DNA of 64,000 nt, from contig CM035357.1 in assembly GCA_020137815.1 (NCBI GenBank), positions 7,316,001 to 7,380,000 on the forward strand, written 5' to 3'. Of the stretch, positions 43,761-64,000 are shown in pieces. The stretch comes from Hormiphora californensis (Eukaryota; Animalia; Ctenophora). A program made the translations under genes and the position numbers. Positions within the stretch are counted from its first letter, which is position 1. The number at the start of each line of letters is the position of its first letter. Below the pieces are notes generated by a model, which was given only the letters and a program-made list of their open reading frames with translations, did not search any database and was not told where the DNA came from.

Positions 43761-59710
<15,950 letters not shown>

Positions 59711-60117
59711 GTTGGTAAAAGGGGGAGTTGGGACATTGCTGTCTGGTATTAGGTATTAGGTATTAGGGTATTAGGATTTGGGACTTTATTCTTTGGTAAT
59801 AGTGGTGTTGATGTCAGCACTGTTGATGTTGCTGGTTTTTCACCCGTAGGTCGGAATTTTAGAACGATAAATTGTTTGTTTGTTTGTTTGTATGAATATG
59901 CGGCGGCCACACAGACACCAGTAAATTATTAAAGGTCCAGTAAATTATTAAAGGTCCTTGGTTTTCATATTTCCTCGGCTTGCGTGTGGTTTTATGTTAC
60001 ACTGCAGTGCTGTTTTTCTCACTCCCAATTTCAAATTTCCTCTCCCTTTCTCAATTTCAACATCTCCCCACCTCACAGTGTAGCAAATGCTTTTTGATAA
60101 GAAAGTTACGTCAAAGG

Positions 60118-60173
<56 letters not shown>

Positions 60174-60597
60174 TCTCTCTCCCTCCCCCTCTGTCACGAG
60201 TACCGACGAGCTAGGAGGAGTATAAAGTTATATTATTACTTTAAAATCCATATGTTGACAGTTAGAGGAATATCCATCTGATCCTGACGTCACACTGCTT
60301 TCTCAATAATATCTCTATTAGAGATTGATCTCTTTTCCTCACAAAATGGAGGGTCTTTGTGAATCAAGAGATTCTCTAGTTGGACTCTATGCGATAGTTC
60401 GCCCCATAATAGGAGTGTTTTTTTCTCGATAAATCAAGAGTTTGTAAATTTATGATCATCGAATGATTTAAGATTTCGGATTTTAAACTTACTCAAAATA
60501 TAGCGATACTGTCACTCATGGTGTTCGATATGCATGATACGATGATACTGCTATAGGGTAGATGAAAGAGAGGAAGGGAGAGAGGGTGAGAGAGAGA

Positions 60598-60658
<61 letters not shown>

Positions 60659-60700
60659 GGAGAGGAGAGAGAAGAGGGAGAGGAGAGAGAGAGATGAGAG

Positions 60701-60737
<37 letters not shown>

Positions 60738-60761
60738 AGAGAGAGAGGGAGAGGACAAGAT

Positions 60762-60800
<39 letters not shown>

Positions 60801-60813
60801 GGTGAGAGAGAGA

Positions 60814-60863
<50 letters not shown>

Positions 60864-62272
60864 ATGACGACAGGAATGTTTGCAGGAGATGGTGTACATT
60901 ACACACACTGTCTGCCTTCTAGTAACGGATCAAGATGAAAAATATTCATCTTCTAGTTCTCCAGATTCATTTGTTTGGAATATTATTCCAAACGCCGCAC
61001 GGGGATTTAGTTTCAAGGATTACACATTTTGGTAGTGAGTAGCTGCTTTTATTTCCAGCTAACTGTTCAATGAATGGTGGCCGGTGGGTTGACAATATAA
61101 AATATGATTGGGACGAGAATGCATGTCATGTGGGCAAATTACCCATTATTAGATTTGACGGCTTCTTTAAAAAACGTTAGATCGGTTCAAATTTTACCCA
61201 AAATTGGGCATCATTCAGGAGGGAAAATATATAATAATCATATTACGTTTTATATTGTTCATGATTTTCCCAGGGGAATAAATGGCAAGTCTCAAATCAT
61301 TGATATTCTGTAGTACAAGCTTCTTTACTTTTTTCTCACTCTCTTACTCACCCTCTCTTACTATCCCTCTATCACCCTGCATCTCTCCCACAGCTTACCA
61401 TCTATCAATCTATCTATCTTTAGCTAATATAATACTACAAAGTAGTGCAATTTAAACCTGTCAAGGGGTTCAGATAGAGTACTATCATCCATTCATCCAT
61501 GTATTGGGGGGGGAGTATCGTCATTTGTCTTTTAAGGGGTTGTGTGGCTCACACCGTTATTGATGTCATAAAGTGCGGCTCGCTCTGCGACGGTTTAGTA
61601 GATTAATGGGGGGGGGGCTGTAGAAGCTGGTTTACGAGTGCCGTATTTAACCCCCATACTATATACTGAGTTCAAGGTCTGTAATATAAGAACATTTGAC
61701 TACATTAGTTTACACAGCTAATACATTTAGTACATTACACAGAGTATTGAGGCACAATTGTAGTTAACCATGATATAATATGTGAAGAAATAATGGCTAA
61801 TCTTGCATGGAACAATGTCTCTCCATATTAAGAAGAAAAACACGTCAGCTTTTTTCATGTGGGGACTGGGGGATATATATTGAATGATTCCCGGGGTCGG
61901 ACTACTAAAGTTGCACCCCAAGATGTGCAGCATGTCAGTATTATACCGGGACAGGGAGAAGGGAGAAGAGAAGGAGGTACTGAAGTGAGAACACCTTGTT
62001 GTGTGTGTCAGATTGACTGTGTGAGATGTTGGTATATATACTAAGCTTATTAATTCCCCTCGACTCACAACGACATACGCGGTGCTTTTTTCATACTAAC
62101 TATCTTTATCTTTATATATATCGCTTTCGCGAGAGGAGAGCTCGAGAGCGAGAGAGAGCGAGAGAAAAGAGAGTATGCGCGAGAGAGAGCGTCTGCGAGA
62201 GAGAGAGAGAGAGCGAGATCGCGCGAGCGGATCGAGCACTATAGAGAGAGAGAAGGATCTAGAGCTGCTCTC

Positions 62273-62346
<74 letters not shown>

Positions 62347-62528
62347 CATCTCTCATCTCTCTCTCCTCTCTTTCTTTCTCTCTCTCTCTCTCCTCTCTCT
62401 CTCTCCTCTCTCTCCTCCTCTCTCCTACTCTCTCTGCTCCTATCTCTCTCTCTCTCGCCTCCTCTCTCTCTCTCTCTTCTATCTCTGCTCTCTCTCATCT
62501 CTCGATCTCTCTCTCCCTCTCTTTACTT

Positions 62529-62559
<31 letters not shown>

Positions 62560-64000
62560 CCTTCTTCTCTCTCTCTCTCTCTCTTCTCTTCTATCTCTTC
62601 TCTCTCTTCTCTCTCTCTCTCTCTCTCTCTCTTTTTCTCTCCCTCTATATGATATATCCCACTCTATCTCCCATCTCTATCCCCCTCTCCCTCTATCTCT
62701 GTATCCCTTCTTTTCTTCTTCTTCAAGACCACTTCCCCTGATTTCTAAATACTGCACATTGTATGCTCCCTCACAAAGCAAATGATTTTAATTCAACCCC
62801 ACCATCTATCTCTCTGTCCCTTTTTCGGACCTTATAAAGTCTCAAAATTGGCACACAACATACCAACTATGAGAGAAAGAGAATGGTTGAGTTTGTGCGT
62901 AGTCAGATCGCGGATCGGGGCTCAACAGTACTGCTGCAGACTGCTCCTCTTGTGACAGCATTTTAAATATCAGACAATCATCGATAAAGAGCAATAATCT
63001 TTGAAATGTACTTCCGCGTCATATTAAAACCAAAGAGGAATGTGGAGAAGAGAACTCAAGGTGGTTGTGGGGAGGAATATGTAGAGGAAGGGAGCAATGG
63101 GGAGAGAATGAGGATTATCATTATTTGCTGTCAACACTTTTAAGTGGTAGTTTGTGTGTAAAGGTCAATTAAACGGACGGTATAGGACTTCTTTCTCCGC
63201 CCCTCTGTGCCGAGTATTACCCTTCCTTTTTAAATAAGATGTTGCTGATAAAAATAGTTTGGTGAGAGATAAAAGGAAGTAAGTACAGTGGCTGTCAACA
63301 CCAGAAACGGACCCTGGTAATTTGTGTAAATAATGCGTGTAGGGGCTAGGGGGAGGCTGATGTTCTTTCTGGGGTGTAGGAAACCGAAAAGGTGGCTGGT
63401 GGGCCATAGACCGCTCGGTTCTGATATCAATTTCTATTTTCTAATAAAACACAAAAGTATAATAAATGATTGGGATAATGGTGGTAAGATACTTTTGTGT
63501 TTTACATTAAACCCAGCCATTGCTCCACCCCTCCCTGGCCTCGTGCAGATAAAACAGTCACACCAGCTCATAGCTGATCCTGTGCCAAGGGGTATTATAG
63601 CGGATAGAAGGGGTATCATAACCCGAATATTTATTCAGACAATGGTATCACATTTAGAGGAGGGTGGGGCTACTGTGTTCTATAGATTAAACGATGATGA
63701 ATTTGTTAAAATGATAGGTGTGAATTGTGGCGGAAACATAATATCGAAAGATGTAGAAGAAGTTTATTATGGAAATTTGACGTACCTCAATAATTCATAA
63801 ACTTCTATTACGCTGTATTTCATACAGAATATTGTATGATTGGTTTCCCGCCAGGGATTCCATGAAACATGATGTTCCAAAATACAGTTGTATTACTTCG
63901 TTGGAATACTGTACGTGGATGATAGTTGATATTACATGGTATAGGCTTTGTGATATTCCAGACTACATGAGTTATCTCTCCCTATCTATAGCTATCTTTC

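Overview
Eukaryotic, intron-containing animal DNA rich in (AG)n microsatellites and short inverted-repeat elements. Gene style fits a marine invertebrate, possibly a ctenophore, but that is inference. The first 21.5 kb holds six co-directional minus-strand genes: ING4/5, WAPL, eIF3m, a UDP-glycosyltransferase, a BTB protein and SLC10A7. The plus strand carries a ~17 kb adenylate-kinase-fold gene with three homologous alternative first exons. Each begins MGCxxS (myristoylation/palmitoylation type) and splices in phase 1 onto the P-loop exon, and the kinase has lost its catalytic motifs. A second long plus-strand gene is Ser-rich and unidentified. Both long genes appear to host a same-strand intronless gene inside an intron (an SRCR-like secreted protein and a 7TM receptor). 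Twelve of the thirteen start codons I assign have a YAG 1-13 nt upstream, suggesting spliced-leader trans-splicing. Also present: a decayed TIR-domain gene, many MITEs and foldbacks, a 28/29-bp minisatellite and indel-rich patches that look like consensus errors. All exon models were assembled by eye and need transcript support.
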